Positions 10,174 to 20,488 are shown, counted from the first letter of the stretch. The stretch: DNA of 64,000 nucleotides from Thermovirgaceae bacterium (GCA_040767805.1 JAXGNU010000001.1:32001-96000); one strand, 5' to 3'. Translations and numbers: made by a program. The notes: generated by a model not told the origin, from the sequence alone.

Positions 10174-11138
10174 AGGATCGCTTTGAAAGGCGGCTGAACT
10201 ACGTCAGGATATCGATCACAGACCGGTGCAATTACCGGTGCCTTTACTGTATGCCCGAAGAAGGCATCAAATGGATCCCCCACGACAGGATCATGACTTA
10301 CGAGGAGATCCTTTTCCTGGCCCAAGTCCTCAAAGGGCTGGGGGTCGAAAAGATACGCTTTACCGGAGGAGAACCGCTGGTGAGGAAGGGTTTTTTCCCC
10401 TTTCTCGACACCTTCAGCGCTTCCGTCCCAGGGGTTCGCACGGTCCTGACCACCAACGGAAGCCTGATCTCCCAGTACATTGATGAAATAAAATGGTCAG
10501 GCCTTTCCGGCGTGAACGTGAGCCTCGACACGCTGGACGAGGCTCTTTTCCGCTTCATCACGAGGGGCGGCCGGCTGCAGGATGTGATAGAAGGTGTAGG
10601 GCTCCTGTCGGAGCGCACTGAAATACCGATCAAGATAAACACCGTCCTGATGAAGGGGGTCAACGACGGCGAGGTCGAGGCCCTGCTCGATTTCGCGAAG
10701 TCCCATCGAGCCGTTCTCCGCCTTATCGAGTTCATGCCCCTCGATGATTCCGTCTGGAAGGGAGACCTGTTCATTCCGGCTTCGGTTATTTTTCAAAAGT
10801 TGCCGGACCCGGACAAATGGGAGAGGCTGGATTACTCCTCCGATCACGGCGCCGGGCCGGCGCGCTATTACAGGAACTCGTCCACCGGCCAGGAGTTCGG
10901 CCTGATCGAGGCGGTCTCCCATCATTTTTGCGATAGTTGCAACAGGCTCCGCGTTTCAGCCACGGGGATCATGAGACCTTGCCTTTTTTCCGAAGAGGGG
11001 GTCTTCCTTAGGCCCGCGCTCCTTTCCGGAAACGCCGCCGAGGTAAAAGCCCTGGTCGTCCGGGCGGTGAGCAGCAAACCCGGATCCTACAACCAGGCCC
11101 GGTCCGGAGCGATGCACATGTCTCGGATAGGGGGATGA
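10161..11138 (+). CDS. moaA: GTP 3',8-cyclase MoaA
   Basis: RISITDRCNYRCLYCM, CDSCNRLR...PCL and C-terminal MSRIGG. Confidence 0.97.
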   Translation: MDFLKDRFERRLNYVRISITDRCNYRCLYCMPEEGIKWIPHDRIMTYEEILFLAQVLKGLGVEKIRFTGGEPLVRKGFFPFLDTFSASVPGVRTVLTTNGSLISQYIDEIKWSGLSGVNVSLDTLDEALFRFITRGGRLQDVIEGVGLLSERTEIPIKINTVLMKGVNDGEVEALLDFAKSHRAVLRLIEFMPLDDSVWKGDLFIPASVIFQKLPDPDKWERLDYSSDHGAGPARYYRNSSTGQEFGLIEAVSHHFCDSCNRLRVSATGIMRPCLFSEEGVFLRPALLSGNAAEVKALVVRAVSSKPGSYNQARSGAMHMSRIGG

Positions 11139-11629
11139 ACGAAATGCAAGGTTTTTCACACCTGGACCACTCCGGAAGGCCCGTCATGGTCGACGTGGGG
11201 GGGAAAGACCCTACAACGAGGGAAGCCGTGGCCGAGGGGACCGTGATACTCCCCGTCAAGGTCTTCGATTCCCTGGTGAAAGGCGAAAGCGCCAAGGGAG
11301 ATGTCTTGAGGGTCGCCGAGGTCGCCGGGATAATGGGGACGAAACAGGCACCGGCCCTTGTGCCCTTATGCCACCCAGTGAGGTTGGACCATGTTTCGGT
11401 CTCCTGCGACCTGGACCCGAAGGACCGGTCGGCGAGGATAACCTGCATCGTCAGGGCGAGGGACGTGACAGGGGTAGAGATGGAAGCTTTGACGGGGGTA
11501 TCAGTGGCGGCGTTGACCCTTTATGATATGTGCAAGGGAATCGACAAGGGGATGATCATCGAAGGTATCCGGCTGCTCAGGAAAAGCGGTGGAAGGTCCG
11601 GCGAATACCGGGTGGAGGATGGACCATGA
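11135..11629 (+). CDS. moaC: Cyclic pyranopterin monophosphate synthase MoaC
   Basis: MVDVGGK, PLCHP, TGVEMEAL, YDMCK, KSGGRSG. Confidence 0.97.
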   Translation: MNEMQGFSHLDHSGRPVMVDVGGKDPTTREAVAEGTVILPVKVFDSLVKGESAKGDVLRVAEVAGIMGTKQAPALVPLCHPVRLDHVSVSCDLDPKDRSARITCIVRARDVTGVEMEALTGVSVAALTLYDMCKGIDKGMIIEGIRLLRKSGGRSGEYRVEDGP

Positions 11630-12438
11630 AAAACAGGGTACTGGGTTTCTCCGGCCGATTCAGCGGTCGCCCAATGGTGTACCTTCACAGCGATGACGCG
11701 GGGAACACGCTGGCCGACGGTTCGGCCGTGGAGCTGATCCTTGAGGAGGCCGGGAAGGGCTCAACTTTGGAAGGGGTGCTCGGGATAAGGGTTCACGAGG
11801 TGCCCGCCATCGAGCCGGGCGATCTTCTTTCCTTTCCTGACGGGCTGATCCTGAGGCGTAAAGATTTACCTGACCCAAGGGGAGCCTTCCTCGTGTTCAA
11901 TAAAGGGTTCCTGCCTGTCTCATCCACCTTCGTGCCGTGGCGGCCCCTCAAGGTCGGGGTGCTGACCGTGAGCGACAAGGGAAGCCGTGGTGAGAGGGTC
12001 GATACCGCCGGGCCCGCCCTGGAGAGCTCTTTGCCCGCCCTGGGGGCCGTCCTGTCGAAAACGGGGATGGTCCCGGACGAAACCGTCAAGATCAGTGACA
12101 AGGTACGGGAATGGATGACGACAGGGGTTGACATCATACTGGTCACGGGGGGAACGGGCATTTCCAAGAGGGATGTAACCCCTGAAGCGGTTAAATCCCT
12201 CGGCTGCAGGGAGATACCCGGCATCGGGGAGTACATGAGGTGGAAGACATCCTTCGAAAACGAGAGGTCCATCCTTTCCAGGTCCCTTGCCGTGGCCTGT
12301 TCCGGTACAATTGTTATCACGCTGCCGGGGAGCGAGAGGGGAGCGGTGCAATGCTTCAGCGCCGTCGCCCCGGTTCTCCGGCATGCCGTGGAAGTAGCGA
12401 CGGGGAGGAGTGGGGATTGCGCCGGGCCTCACCGATGA
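11626..12438 (+). CDS. mog: MogA/MoaB molybdopterin adenylyltransferase with ~105-aa N-terminal extra domain
   Basis: LTVSDKG..GER.D, TGGTGIS.RDVTPEA, LPGS. ATG 11626 overlaps the moaC stop. Confidence 0.85.
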   Translation: MKNRVLGFSGRFSGRPMVYLHSDDAGNTLADGSAVELILEEAGKGSTLEGVLGIRVHEVPAIEPGDLLSFPDGLILRRKDLPDPRGAFLVFNKGFLPVSSTFVPWRPLKVGVLTVSDKGSRGERVDTAGPALESSLPALGAVLSKTGMVPDETVKISDKVREWMTTGVDIILVTGGTGISKRDVTPEAVKSLGCREIPGIGEYMRWKTSFENERSILSRSLAVACSGTIVITLPGSERGAVQCFSAVAPVLRHAVEVATGRSGDCAGPHR

Positions 12439-12460
12439 TCGTTGAAAGAAGGTTCCCGTT

Positions 12461-13345
12461 TTGAAAGAATCCCTTCCTTACAAGGTCTCAAGGTGTGTGA
12501 TCATCACGGGCATGTCAGGAAGCGGTAAATCCACCGCGCTGCGCATGTTCGAAGACCTTGGGTTTTATGCCATCGAGAACATCCCTCCCACATTGCTACC
12601 CCAACTGTTGCAGGTCCTGGGCCGACACGAGGAAGCGGTGCAGAATGGAGTGGCGGCCGTCGTAGACATCAGGGGGGAAAGCCTCCTGGATGACCTTTTC
12701 ACCGTCATAACCAGCCTCAAGGGAAGAGGGCTCAATATCAGGGTCATCTTTCTCGACGCCTCCGACTCCTGCCTCGTCAAGCGTTTCGAAGAGACCAGGA
12801 GGAGGCATCCCCTCTCTTCGGAGATGACCATCCTCGAGGCCATTGGCAGGGAGAGAAGGGAACTGACCCAGATCCACGAGATAGCCGACGTCGTCGTCGA
12901 GACTTCGGACCTGACCCTTTCTCAACTCAGAAATGAGATCTTTGGGAAGATGGACATAACTGAAGGGCCCCTGAGGGTCATTTTTACTTCCTTCGGGTTC
13001 AAGCACGGCATCCCCCAGGACAGCGATTTTGTCATCGATGTCCGTTTCCTTCCAAACCCTTTTTATGAATCACGGTTGAGGCCCCTCAGTGGAAAGGACA
13101 GCGAGGTCCAGGATTTCATCCTCTCCCATGATGGGGTATCCAGCTTTTTTAAAGCCCTTTCTGAACTGATGGAACAAGTCACGGCTCAATACAGGAACAC
13201 GGGAAAGAGCACCGTCCATATCGCCGTCGGCTGTACCGGAGGCAGGCACCGTTCAGTAGCGGTCGTCGAATGGCTCGGATCCAAGATGCCTGACAACTCA
13301 TCGATCAGGCACAGGGATATTGAAAAGGATACGGTGGTAACGTGA
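12461..13345 (+). CDS. rapZ: RNase adapter / P-loop protein RapZ (YvcJ)
   Basis: ITGMSGSGKS, ETRRRHPL, SFGFKHG, DVRFLPNP, GCTGGRHRSV. Confidence 0.96.
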   Translation: MKESLPYKVSRCVIITGMSGSGKSTALRMFEDLGFYAIENIPPTLLPQLLQVLGRHEEAVQNGVAAVVDIRGESLLDDLFTVITSLKGRGLNIRVIFLDASDSCLVKRFEETRRRHPLSSEMTILEAIGRERRELTQIHEIADVVVETSDLTLSQLRNEIFGKMDITEGPLRVIFTSFGFKHGIPQDSDFVIDVRFLPNPFYESRLRPLSGKDSEVQDFILSHDGVSSFFKALSELMEQVTAQYRNTGKSTVHIAVGCTGGRHRSVAVVEWLGSKMPDNSSIRHRDIEKDTVVT

Positions 13346-14481
13346 ACTGGTGGTCGGCTTTCACCATTGGTTTTCTTACGGGTGGGATCATGGCCCTCCT
13401 TGGCGCGAGGCTCTTCCAGGAAGATGTGGAGGAGGGGGCCGGGGAATCGCAGGAAAAAAAGAATGGCTCCATTATATCGAAAGCCTTCCTGCACAAGGTC
13501 TCACAAGGCCCCGACATCGTCGCTATCGGCGGGGGAACGGGGCTTTCGACCCTATTGTCCGGTTTGAAGTATTACACCCGCAATATAACTGCCATTGTGA
13601 CAGTAACCGATGAGGGCGGAAGTTCCGGACGCCTGCGGGGTGAATGGGGCGTCCTTCCCCCCGGGGATATCAGGAACTGTATGCTGGCCCTCGCCGAGGA
13701 TGACAGCTCTCTCAACAGGCTGCTCAACTTCAGGTTCGACCGCGGGGAACTCAAGGGACACAGTTTGGGCAACCTCATCCTTCTCGCGGCCACGGAGATG
13801 ACCGGTGACTTCCGGAAGGCCGTGGAGGAACTCAACAAGCTCCTAGCCATCCGGGGAAAAGTGATACCTGTCACGAATGAGTCGGTCGTTCTTTGCGCCG
13901 CCACGGCTGACGGTGACTCGCTCCGGGGTGAACTGGACATCGCCCGTAAAGGGTGCCGGATCGAGTCGATCTGGATCGAACCCGCCGATGCCAGGGCTTT
14001 CCCCGAGGCCGTCGCCGCCATAGAGAACGCCGACGCGGTCGTGCTTGGTCCCGGGAGCCTGTTCACCAGTATCATCCCCAACCTCATGTTCAGGGAGGTC
14101 TCTGACGCCCTGAAAAGGACCGCCGCGCCGAAAATATACATCACTAACCTCATGACACAACCCGGCGAAACCGACGGCTTGTCCTTGATGGATCACGTCC
14201 GATGGATAACCAGGGCTTCAGGAACGATCCCCGATTATATCCTTGTCAACGAAGAAGAAGTACCAGCAGCGCTGCTTGAGGCCTACCTGGCGGCGGGGGC
14301 CGTGCCGCTACGGCTGAGCGAAGATAACGAAAGGTCCCTGTCGATGATGGGGTCAAAACTCATCCTGTCGGGTTTCCTCGATGTCACCGGGGGGAACGTC
14401 AGGCACAACAGCCAGAAAGTATCCGAGACCCTGATACGGATCGCGAGGGAAGAGAGGGAACCCTCCCGATGGAAAAGTTGA
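13342..14481 (+). CDS. yvcK: YvcK/GlmR (CofD-like) gluconeogenesis factor with N-terminal hydrophobic segment
   Basis: IGGGTGL, DEGGSSGRLR, PPGDIRNC, GHSLGNL, GPGSLFTS, NLMTQPGET. Confidence 0.95.
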   Translation: MNWWSAFTIGFLTGGIMALLGARLFQEDVEEGAGESQEKKNGSIISKAFLHKVSQGPDIVAIGGGTGLSTLLSGLKYYTRNITAIVTVTDEGGSSGRLRGEWGVLPPGDIRNCMLALAEDDSSLNRLLNFRFDRGELKGHSLGNLILLAATEMTGDFRKAVEELNKLLAIRGKVIPVTNESVVLCAATADGDSLRGELDIARKGCRIESIWIEPADARAFPEAVAAIENADAVVLGPGSLFTSIIPNLMFREVSDALKRTAAPKIYITNLMTQPGETDGLSLMDHVRWITRASGTIPDYILVNEEEVPAALLEAYLAAGAVPLRLSEDNERSLSMMGSKLILSGFLDVTGGNVRHNSQKVSETLIRIAREEREPSRWKS

Positions 14482-15374
14482 GGGAAGTGATCCGGGACGA
14501 TTGGTCGGCCGTCCTGGTTGATGATAGGGTCGAGGCATCCGTGGAGATCAACGGGATCCTTTCCGGCCTCATGATCGGCCGTGACCGGGAAGGGGTTTCC
14601 TTTTCCAGCGGAAGGTTTTTCCTGTTCAGGAAACTAAAAAAACTTTGGGCTATTTCGGATTGGGGCAGGTCGGGCAAAACCCTTAATCTCATGATCCCCG
14701 CCGGCAAAAAGGGCAGGATATCGCTGAGACTCGACAGTGGTAACCTCCTAAAGGACATTTCCTATTACGGGGACCTCCATAGGTTTGAGACCTATTCCTG
14801 GCACTGGCTTAGAGGCCTCTTCGGGTCCTGCGGGTCCCTGTTCTTGCCTAGGACGGGTTATTATATGGCTTTCAGGGTGAGCGAGGCCTGCCAATGGGAT
14901 TCTTCGGAAAAACTGGAAAGGGTTCTTTCTTCGAAGGGCATCTCCTTCAGGAGAAGGCAGAGGCTTAATTATTCCGAGTTCGTACTGCGCGACCAGTCAT
15001 CCATCGTGGGTATGCTTTCCAACATGCTGATGTTCAAGTCTTCCCTTTTTCTCGAAGAGAAGGCGTTGCTTCGGTCCATCAAGGAAAGGGCCAACAAGGT
15101 AGTAAATTGCGATGCCTCCAACATCAGGAAATCCTTGGAATCCGCCCAAAGACAGATCGAGTTGGCGAGAATGCTCCTGGCCAGGGGCGATGTTCTCAAG
15201 TTGCCTGAGAAGTTGCGGGAACTCGTACACGCCAGGTTGGAGAACCCGTCGGCCACGCTCTACGAACTAGGGCAGGCCCTATCAAGACCCGTGAGTAAAA
15301 GCACGGTCAAGTACCGCTGGGGGAAGATAGAACATCTGGCGAATACGCCTTTAAAAAATGAAAAGGGGGGCTGA
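14469..15374 (+). CDS. whiA: DNA-binding protein WhiA
   Basis: WLRGLF..CGS, NKVVNCDASN, C-terminal HTH (RLENPSATLYELGQ...VSKSTV); rapZ-yvcK-whiA synteny. Confidence 0.93.
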   Translation: MEKLREVIRDDWSAVLVDDRVEASVEINGILSGLMIGRDREGVSFSSGRFFLFRKLKKLWAISDWGRSGKTLNLMIPAGKKGRISLRLDSGNLLKDISYYGDLHRFETYSWHWLRGLFGSCGSLFLPRTGYYMAFRVSEACQWDSSEKLERVLSSKGISFRRRQRLNYSEFVLRDQSSIVGMLSNMLMFKSSLFLEEKALLRSIKERANKVVNCDASNIRKSLESAQRQIELARMLLARGDVLKLPEKLRELVHARLENPSATLYELGQALSRPVSKSTVKYRWGKIEHLANTPLKNEKGG

Positions 15375-15379
15375 AGGTC

Positions 15380-17332
15380 ATGTACCTGGGAAAGGCTGAT
15401 GTGAACACCTATGAAAAAGGCTCCAGCCGGGAGTTCTTGACTACGAACGGTTGGGGCGGTTATGGTTTTTCGACCGTGATCGGCGCGAATACCCGCCGCG
15501 AACACGGCCTGCTGGTGGTAAAAAAGAGTGGAGAAGAGGCGTTCCCCGATGTCCTCATCAGCAAGGTGGATGAGACCGTTATCAGCAAGGGGAAAAAGTA
15601 CCATCTTTCCACCAATCGTTATACAGATGTAATTTACCCGGATGGCTATCGTTACCTGCAAGAATACCAAGCCGATCCCCTTCCCGGGATGCTCTTCGTG
15701 ATACACAGCGTTTTCCTGCGGAAAACGGTATTCATGCCCAGGGGCCTGTCCTTGACGATCATAAAATATGAACTCCTCACCGCCCCGGAAAGCGTTAAGC
15801 TCGAGATACGGCCCCTTGCCGCCCACAGGGGAGCTGACGGATTGTTTCCCGAAAAGGATGGGTCGGATTTTGAATCCTTTTTTACGGAAAACTCAGTGAC
15901 CATCAGTGGCAGGGGTCATCAGAGCCACTTCTCCTTCAACAAGGGCGAGTGGTATCCCAAGCCCTTATGGTTCGAAAAACTACTCTACGAACACGACGAC
16001 TGCGAAAAACCGGGAACGGACAGCCTGTGGTCCCCGGGATTCCTTTCCATCGACATGAACGAAGGGGAAACAGCATACGTCATCCTGGGATCCGAGAACG
16101 TGCACTATGACCATGGATCGGTGGCGGCCATGGAGAAGGAAACTCGGCTTCTTTTCCAGGAAAACCTCGTGGGGAGCCCGCTGGTAAGAAAGACTCCCAT
16201 GGTGAAGGAACTCCTTAATTCCGCGTCCCATTGCCTTTCCCAGATGGACGGGAAGCGTCCGGCGGTTTTCTCCGGCTATCCTTCCGTAAGGGAGACCGCC
16301 AGGGAGACCTTTATTTCCCTTCCCGGCCTTTTGCTGGTGACGGGCAAGACCGACTTCGCCGAGGGAGTCCTGAAGGTCTGGCTGGAGAGGGCCGTCATGA
16401 ATGACCATGTGATGCCCTCGGAAGTAAACCCTCACACGGGGTCGCTCGTGACCAGGGCCTGTGACGCGGGGTTATGGTTCTTTTACGCCCTGGACAAGCT
16501 CTGCGACCGGACCGGACGTACGAACCTGGTCATGGAGAATTGGACCCACCTTACGGGGCTCATTGAGAGGTACATCGAGGGAATCCCCGCCATCGGGATA
16601 AAGCTCGACAAGGACGGTTTGCTCGACCTTAGATCGGATGACCCGGGGAGCAACTGGATGGATGGGGAAATCGACGGGAGGCCCATCGTCGAGAGAAGGG
16701 GCAAGCTGGTCGAGGTGAATGCCCTTTGGTACAACGCGCTGAGGACGATGGAGCAGTACTCGGAGATCCTCGGCCGAGAGAAGGAGCGCGAGGAATTCGG
16801 CTCCCGGGCAGAACTATCCAGAAAAAGCTTCCAGGATAAATTCTGGTGCGACAAGGGCTACCTTTACGACTGGGTGGAGGGCAAGCACAGGGATGAATCG
16901 GTACGGTGCAACCAGATCCTTGCCGTTTCTCTCCCGGCCTCGGTCATGGACCCCGAAAGGGGAAGGTCGATCGTTGAAACCTGCTGGAACGAACTTTACA
17001 CCACCTTCGGCCTCAGGACCCTCGACCCTCACCATGAAAAGTACAAGGGACGCTGCGAGGGGCGGATAGACCAGAGGGAAAAGGCCCGGTTCATGGGGAT
17101 GGCCTGGCCCTGGCTTTTGGGCCAGTTCATTACAGCCTATCTTAGGTACAACCCGGAAAGGAAGGATATCGGGTGGTGCTTCCTCCGCCCCTTCCTCTCT
17201 CACCTGAGGAAAGGATGCCTCGGCGGGGTGGCGGAGATCTTTGACGGCAGCATGCCCTACAAACCCCATGGCGATGCCCTTTATTCGCCAAGCATCGCGG
17301 AACTGCTGAGGGTCATAGGGGAGGACATGTGA
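15380..17332 (+). CDS. Amylo-alpha-1,6-glucosidase / glycogen debranching enzyme family protein (GDE_N + GDE_C)
   Basis: EFLTTNGWGGY, TRREHGLL, NWMD, EVNALWYNAL, FGLRTL, WPWLLG, AEIFDG. Confidence 0.85.
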   Translation: MYLGKADVNTYEKGSSREFLTTNGWGGYGFSTVIGANTRREHGLLVVKKSGEEAFPDVLISKVDETVISKGKKYHLSTNRYTDVIYPDGYRYLQEYQADPLPGMLFVIHSVFLRKTVFMPRGLSLTIIKYELLTAPESVKLEIRPLAAHRGADGLFPEKDGSDFESFFTENSVTISGRGHQSHFSFNKGEWYPKPLWFEKLLYEHDDCEKPGTDSLWSPGFLSIDMNEGETAYVILGSENVHYDHGSVAAMEKETRLLFQENLVGSPLVRKTPMVKELLNSASHCLSQMDGKRPAVFSGYPSVRETARETFISLPGLLLVTGKTDFAEGVLKVWLERAVMNDHVMPSEVNPHTGSLVTRACDAGLWFFYALDKLCDRTGRTNLVMENWTHLTGLIERYIEGIPAIGIKLDKDGLLDLRSDDPGSNWMDGEIDGRPIVERRGKLVEVNALWYNALRTMEQYSEILGREKEREEFGSRAELSRKSFQDKFWCDKGYLYDWVEGKHRDESVRCNQILAVSLPASVMDPERGRSIVETCWNELYTTFGLRTLDPHHEKYKGRCEGRIDQREKARFMGMAWPWLLGQFITAYLRYNPERKDIGWCFLRPFLSHLRKGCLGGVAEIFDGSMPYKPHGDALYSPSIAELLRVIGEDM

Positions 17333-17422
17333 GGACCTTTGCCCTGCCTTCAATTCCCGGTCTTGTTATCAAGGTTCCTTTACTGGTACGGAATAGAAAA
17401 AATAATAAAGGAGGCGCTGGAA

Positions 17423-18439
17423 ATGATAAAAAAACGTGTTGCTATTAATGGTTTCGGGAGGATCGGGCGGCTGGCCCTCAGGGCCCTTTTCGATCAGCAA
17501 GAGGACGTTCTTTTCGATATAGTGGCCACGAACAGTCGAACCACGGCGGAGCAGAGGGCTTACCTATTCAAGTATGATTCCGTCCATAGGCGTTTTCCCG
17601 GCGATGTCTCCGCCCGGGGTGATTCACTCCTGATAAACGGGAAGTCCGTCCAGGTCCTGGCGGAACCGGAAGTGGAAAACCTGCCCTGGAAGGACCTGGG
17701 GATAGACCTCGTAATAGAATCTTCCGGCAAGTATACCGACGCCGTCAAAGCCGCCAAGCACCTTGAAGCCGGCGCCAGGAAGGTCCTCATCACCGCCCCC
17801 GCCAAGAACGAGGACGCAACGATCGTCATGGGCGTGAACGAGGGAATCTACGAACCCGGCAAGCATAACGTGGTCTCCAACGCCTCCTGTACGACTAACT
17901 GCCTCGCCCCGGTGGTCAAGGTCCTCCACGAGGCCTTCGGCATAGAAAAGGGGCTCATGACCACCACCCACGCCTATACGAATGACCAGAAAACCCTCGA
18001 TGCCTCCCACAAGAACCTCCACAGGGGGAGGGCGGCCGCCCTATCGATGATCCCCACCACGACGGGAGCCGCTTCCGCGATCGGGAAGGTTTACCCGGCG
18101 GTGGCGGGCAAGATGAACGGCTTGGCCGTCAGGGTCCCGACGCCCGACGTCTCCCTCGTCGACCTCGTGACGGTACTATCCAGGGAAGTGACCTCCGAGG
18201 AGGTCAACGCCGCCTTCCGCGAAACGGCGGAAGGACCGATGCAACGCTACCTTGGCTACGAAGAAGAGGACATCGTCTCCGTCGACGTCACGGGAGACAG
18301 CCGCTCCTCCCTGTTCGCGGCGAGGCATACCATGGCCCTGGGGAACCTGGTCAAGACCCTTTCGTGGTATGACAACGAATGGGGATACGCCTGCCGTGTC
18401 ATAGACCTCGTCAATTACATGCTTTCAAGGGAATCCTGA
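17423..18439 (+). CDS. gap: Type I glyceraldehyde-3-phosphate dehydrogenase
   Basis: INGFGRIGR, ASCTTNCL, SWYDNEWGY; AAGGAGG RBS. Confidence 0.99.
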   Translation: MIKKRVAINGFGRIGRLALRALFDQQEDVLFDIVATNSRTTAEQRAYLFKYDSVHRRFPGDVSARGDSLLINGKSVQVLAEPEVENLPWKDLGIDLVIESSGKYTDAVKAAKHLEAGARKVLITAPAKNEDATIVMGVNEGIYEPGKHNVVSNASCTTNCLAPVVKVLHEAFGIEKGLMTTTHAYTNDQKTLDASHKNLHRGRAAALSMIPTTTGAASAIGKVYPAVAGKMNGLAVRVPTPDVSLVDLVTVLSREVTSEEVNAAFRETAEGPMQRYLGYEEEDIVSVDVTGDSRSSLFAARHTMALGNLVKTLSWYDNEWGYACRVIDLVNYMLSRES

Positions 18440-18444
18440 CGGTC

Positions 18445-19635
18445 ATGAGGTTGAAAACCATCGAGGGCTGCTCCTTTAGGGGGAAGAACGTCCTCGTCCG
18501 AGTGGATTTCAATGTGCCCATGAAAAGCGGCAAGGTCACCGATGATACCAGGATAAAGGCCCACCTCGACACTTTGGGTATCCTCAGGCGGGGTGGGGCA
18601 AGGGTCGCCCTTGCCTCCCACCTGGGAAGGCCGAAGGGGAAAGTCGCGACCGACCTTTCCCTTTTTCCCGTCTCCCAGGCCCTGGGGGGATTGCTGGGCT
18701 GCGAGGTCCCCTTTTGCGGGGACTGCGTGGGGGAGAGGGTCTCGGCAAAGGTCGGGGCGATGAGCGATGGCGGTGTCTGCCTCCTGGAGAACTTGAGGTT
18801 CTACCCCGGGGAAGAGGCGGATGATCCTGCCTTCGCGGAGGAGTTGGCCGATCCCTTCGACCTTTTCGTCATGGACGCCTTCAGCGCCGCCCACAGGGCT
18901 CATGCCTCCACGGTGGGTGTGACCAGGTTCCTGCCCTCCTGCGCGGGGAAGCTGATGGAAAGGGAAGTTGCCGTCCTCTCCAGGATCATGGAGGAACCCA
19001 AAAAACCCATGGTGATAATCCTGGGGGGAGCGAAGGTCTCCGACAAGATCGGCTTCATCAAGAGCATGCTTGAAAAGGGCGATGTAATGCTGGTCGGGGG
19101 AGCCATGGCCTTCCCCTTCCTTAAAGCCTCGGGTAAATCTATAGGGGGTTCCTTTTGCGAGGAAGGTACCGAAGCCATAGCGGCGGAGATCCTAGAAACT
19201 GCCAAAAAGACATGTACTAAGATCGTCCTTCCCGTTGACTTTCTCACACCCGGGGGAAAAGGAGACGGCGGCGGAACCGAAGTGGTCAGGTCAGACTCGA
19301 TCCCGGAGGGTTCGAAGGGGCTCGATATAGGACCGGAGACGGTGGCCCTTTTTTTCGACGAGATCCAAAAGGCTGGGACGATCCTCTGGAATGGCCCCCT
19401 CGGCCTTTTCGAGAGGAAACCCTTCGGGGAGGGGACGAGGCTGGTCGGTCTCTCTGTCGCCGATAAGACCGCCGAGGGCGCCGTCTCCGTTCTCGGGGGA
19501 GGGGATACCGCCGCGGCCGCCAACATGTTGGGGTTTGCCCAGGGGATAAGCCACATTTCAACCGGTGGTGGAGCGACCCTCGAATTCTTCGAGAAAAAGG
19601 GGCTTCCGGGCATAACGCCCCTTCTCATGCCATAG
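18445..19635 (+). CDS. pgk: Phosphoglycerate kinase
   Basis: RVDFNVP, SHLGRP, LENLRF, GGAKVSDK, GGGDT, STGGGA. Confidence 0.99.
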   Translation: MRLKTIEGCSFRGKNVLVRVDFNVPMKSGKVTDDTRIKAHLDTLGILRRGGARVALASHLGRPKGKVATDLSLFPVSQALGGLLGCEVPFCGDCVGERVSAKVGAMSDGGVCLLENLRFYPGEEADDPAFAEELADPFDLFVMDAFSAAHRAHASTVGVTRFLPSCAGKLMEREVAVLSRIMEEPKKPMVIILGGAKVSDKIGFIKSMLEKGDVMLVGGAMAFPFLKASGKSIGGSFCEEGTEAIAAEILETAKKTCTKIVLPVDFLTPGGKGDGGGTEVVRSDSIPEGSKGLDIGPETVALFFDEIQKAGTILWNGPLGLFERKPFGEGTRLVGLSVADKTAEGAVSVLGGGDTAAAANMLGFAQGISHISTGGGATLEFFEKKGLPGITPLLMP

Positions 19636-19663
19636 AATGCCCGGAGAATGGGGTGGGGCGCCT

Positions 19664-20488
19664 TTGAAAAGGGGAAAGATCATCGCCGGGAACTGGAAGA
19701 TGAACAAGGGAGCGGCCGAGTCGCTGGCCTTCCTCGGGGATCTGGCGGCCCTGCTGGAAGAGGTGAAGGGGTTCGATTCGCTGGTCCCGGATCCTGTCGA
19801 CCTGGTCTTGTTCCCCCAGGCGATCAATTTGCAGTCAATGGGGGAGTACCTCAGGCAATGCAAAATAGGAATCAAACTAGGCATACAAAATATTCATTGG
19901 TCCTTATCCGGGGCCTTCACAGGGGAGAACTCCATCACCAGTGCCCTGGAGGCCGGGGCGTCCTTCGCCCTCGTAGGTCACAGCGAGAGAAGGCATCTTT
20001 TCGCTGAAGACGATGGCCTGGTCGCGAAAAAATTTTTCTCCTGCCTCGAGAACGGACTTGAACCGGTACTTTGCGTCGGCGAAACCCAAACTCAAAGGAA
20101 TGAGGGTTCGACCGAAAAGGTGATCGAAGGCCAGGTAAAGGCTGTTTTTGCCCGCCTAAAGAAAGGTTTTGGGGAAAGAGAAAGGCTTTTTATCGCTTAC
20201 GAGCCGGTCTGGGCCATCGGCACGGGGCTGAACGCCTCGGCGGGGGACGCCCAGGAATGTTGCCGTTTCATCCGGACCCTTTTGTCCGAGCTCGGCGGCC
20301 CCAATTTGGCGGCTCGATCCATCGTTGCTTACGGCGGTAGCGTTAAAAGCTCCAATTCCAAGGGCTACCTCGACCAGGAGGACGTGGATGGGCTCCTCGT
20401 TGGAGGGGCGTCCCTGGACCCCCGGGAGTTTTACGGGATAATCCTCTCCGCCTTTCAGAGGGTCGAGGACTCCCGGGCCGAGAGTTGA
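19664..20488 (+). CDS. tpiA: Triosephosphate isomerase
   Basis: AGNWKMN, GHSERR, AYEPVWAIGTG, YGGSV, LVGGASL. Start is TTG 19664 or ATG 19637. Confidence 0.98.
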   Translation: MKRGKIIAGNWKMNKGAAESLAFLGDLAALLEEVKGFDSLVPDPVDLVLFPQAINLQSMGEYLRQCKIGIKLGIQNIHWSLSGAFTGENSITSALEAGASFALVGHSERRHLFAEDDGLVAKKFFSCLENGLEPVLCVGETQTQRNEGSTEKVIEGQVKAVFARLKKGFGERERLFIAYEPVWAIGTGLNASAGDAQECCRFIRTLLSELGGPNLAARSIVAYGGSVKSSNSKGYLDQEDVDGLLVGGASLDPREFYGIILSAFQRVEDSRAES

